A DNA stretch of 64,000 nt, from NCBI RefSeq assembly GCF_964355755.1, contig NC_092674.1, forward strand, positions 806,001 through 870,000, written 5' to 3'. Position numbers and translations under genes: made by a program. Numbering within the stretch: position 1 is the first letter of the stretch; each line of letters opens with the position of its first letter. The notes beneath the pieces were generated by a model, which had not been told where the DNA came from, ran no database searches, and was given only the letters and a program-made list of their open reading frames with translations. Shown piece by piece: positions 63,680 through 64,000 of the stretch. Origin of the DNA: Antedon mediterranea (lineage: Eukaryota > Animalia > Echinodermata).

Positions 63680-64000
63680 GGGCCTGTTTCTGCTGCATAG
63701 AAAATAACCGGTTAAAATCGGTGTGAATAAATTAAAATCAGTGTGAATAAATTAACTCCATTTTCTTGGCAGCAGAAACAGGACACATTTGTGGTAACCG
63801 GTTAAAAGGCAGCGCAAAATAACCGGTTAAAAACACCAATTTAAATCGGTGTTAGAACGCCGTTTAACCGGTTATCGCTGAGCAATTCTTAGCTGCAACA
63901 CGAAATAACGGTTATTTGATTGACAGTTGTGACCCCGGGTCAGATACCGTCGCATACGATGTGTGTTTTCCTCGTGGTTTTGACAGTCGAACGAAGAAGT
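63680..64000. mobile_element. One end of a PIF/Harbinger-like element (continues beyond the window)
   Basis: TTA|GGGCCTGTTTCTGCTGCA, the same TIR as the 39106 element; repeated TAACCGGTTA motifs. Confidence 0.75.

Noticed and set aside
44449-64000. Glypican exon 6 or later
   Set aside because: No acceptor-led frame resembling the expected V(F)xxCG start or the Ser-Gly/GPI region was found by eye; these exons are presumed to lie downstream.

Overview
AT-rich animal (invertebrate-like) genomic DNA with GT-AG introns; the organism cannot be named from sequence alone. Three protein-coding genes were reconstructed by hand. (1) The 3' part of a myosin-XVI-like gene (+, 7 exons, 168-5191): IQ motif, YxxM micro-exon, MYO16/NYAP signature PxPKRxPxTRLS, proline-rich tail and, unexpectedly, a WH2 plus three espin-like PxWK motifs at the C-terminus. 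(2) A complete 8-coding-exon homocysteine S-methyltransferase (-, 8858-12773, ~311 aa). (3) Exons 1-5 of a GPC1/2/4/6-type glypican (+, 13992-44448, continuing beyond the window), head-to-head with the methyltransferase. The introns hold many mobile elements: two piggyBac-like TTAA elements (one with a nested TA-TSD element), an Academ-like fold-back element built from two transposase 3' ends, PIF/Harbinger elements (one with a Myb/SANT ORF, plus an 8-copy MITE family), a pogo-like MITE, a 5'-truncated Tx1/L1 LINE with an open ORF and TSD, a tRNA-derived SINE, and about ten minisatellites. The best lead for a new system is the myosin-XVI/espin-like chimeric tail. All family assignments rest on recalled motifs, not on database searches.
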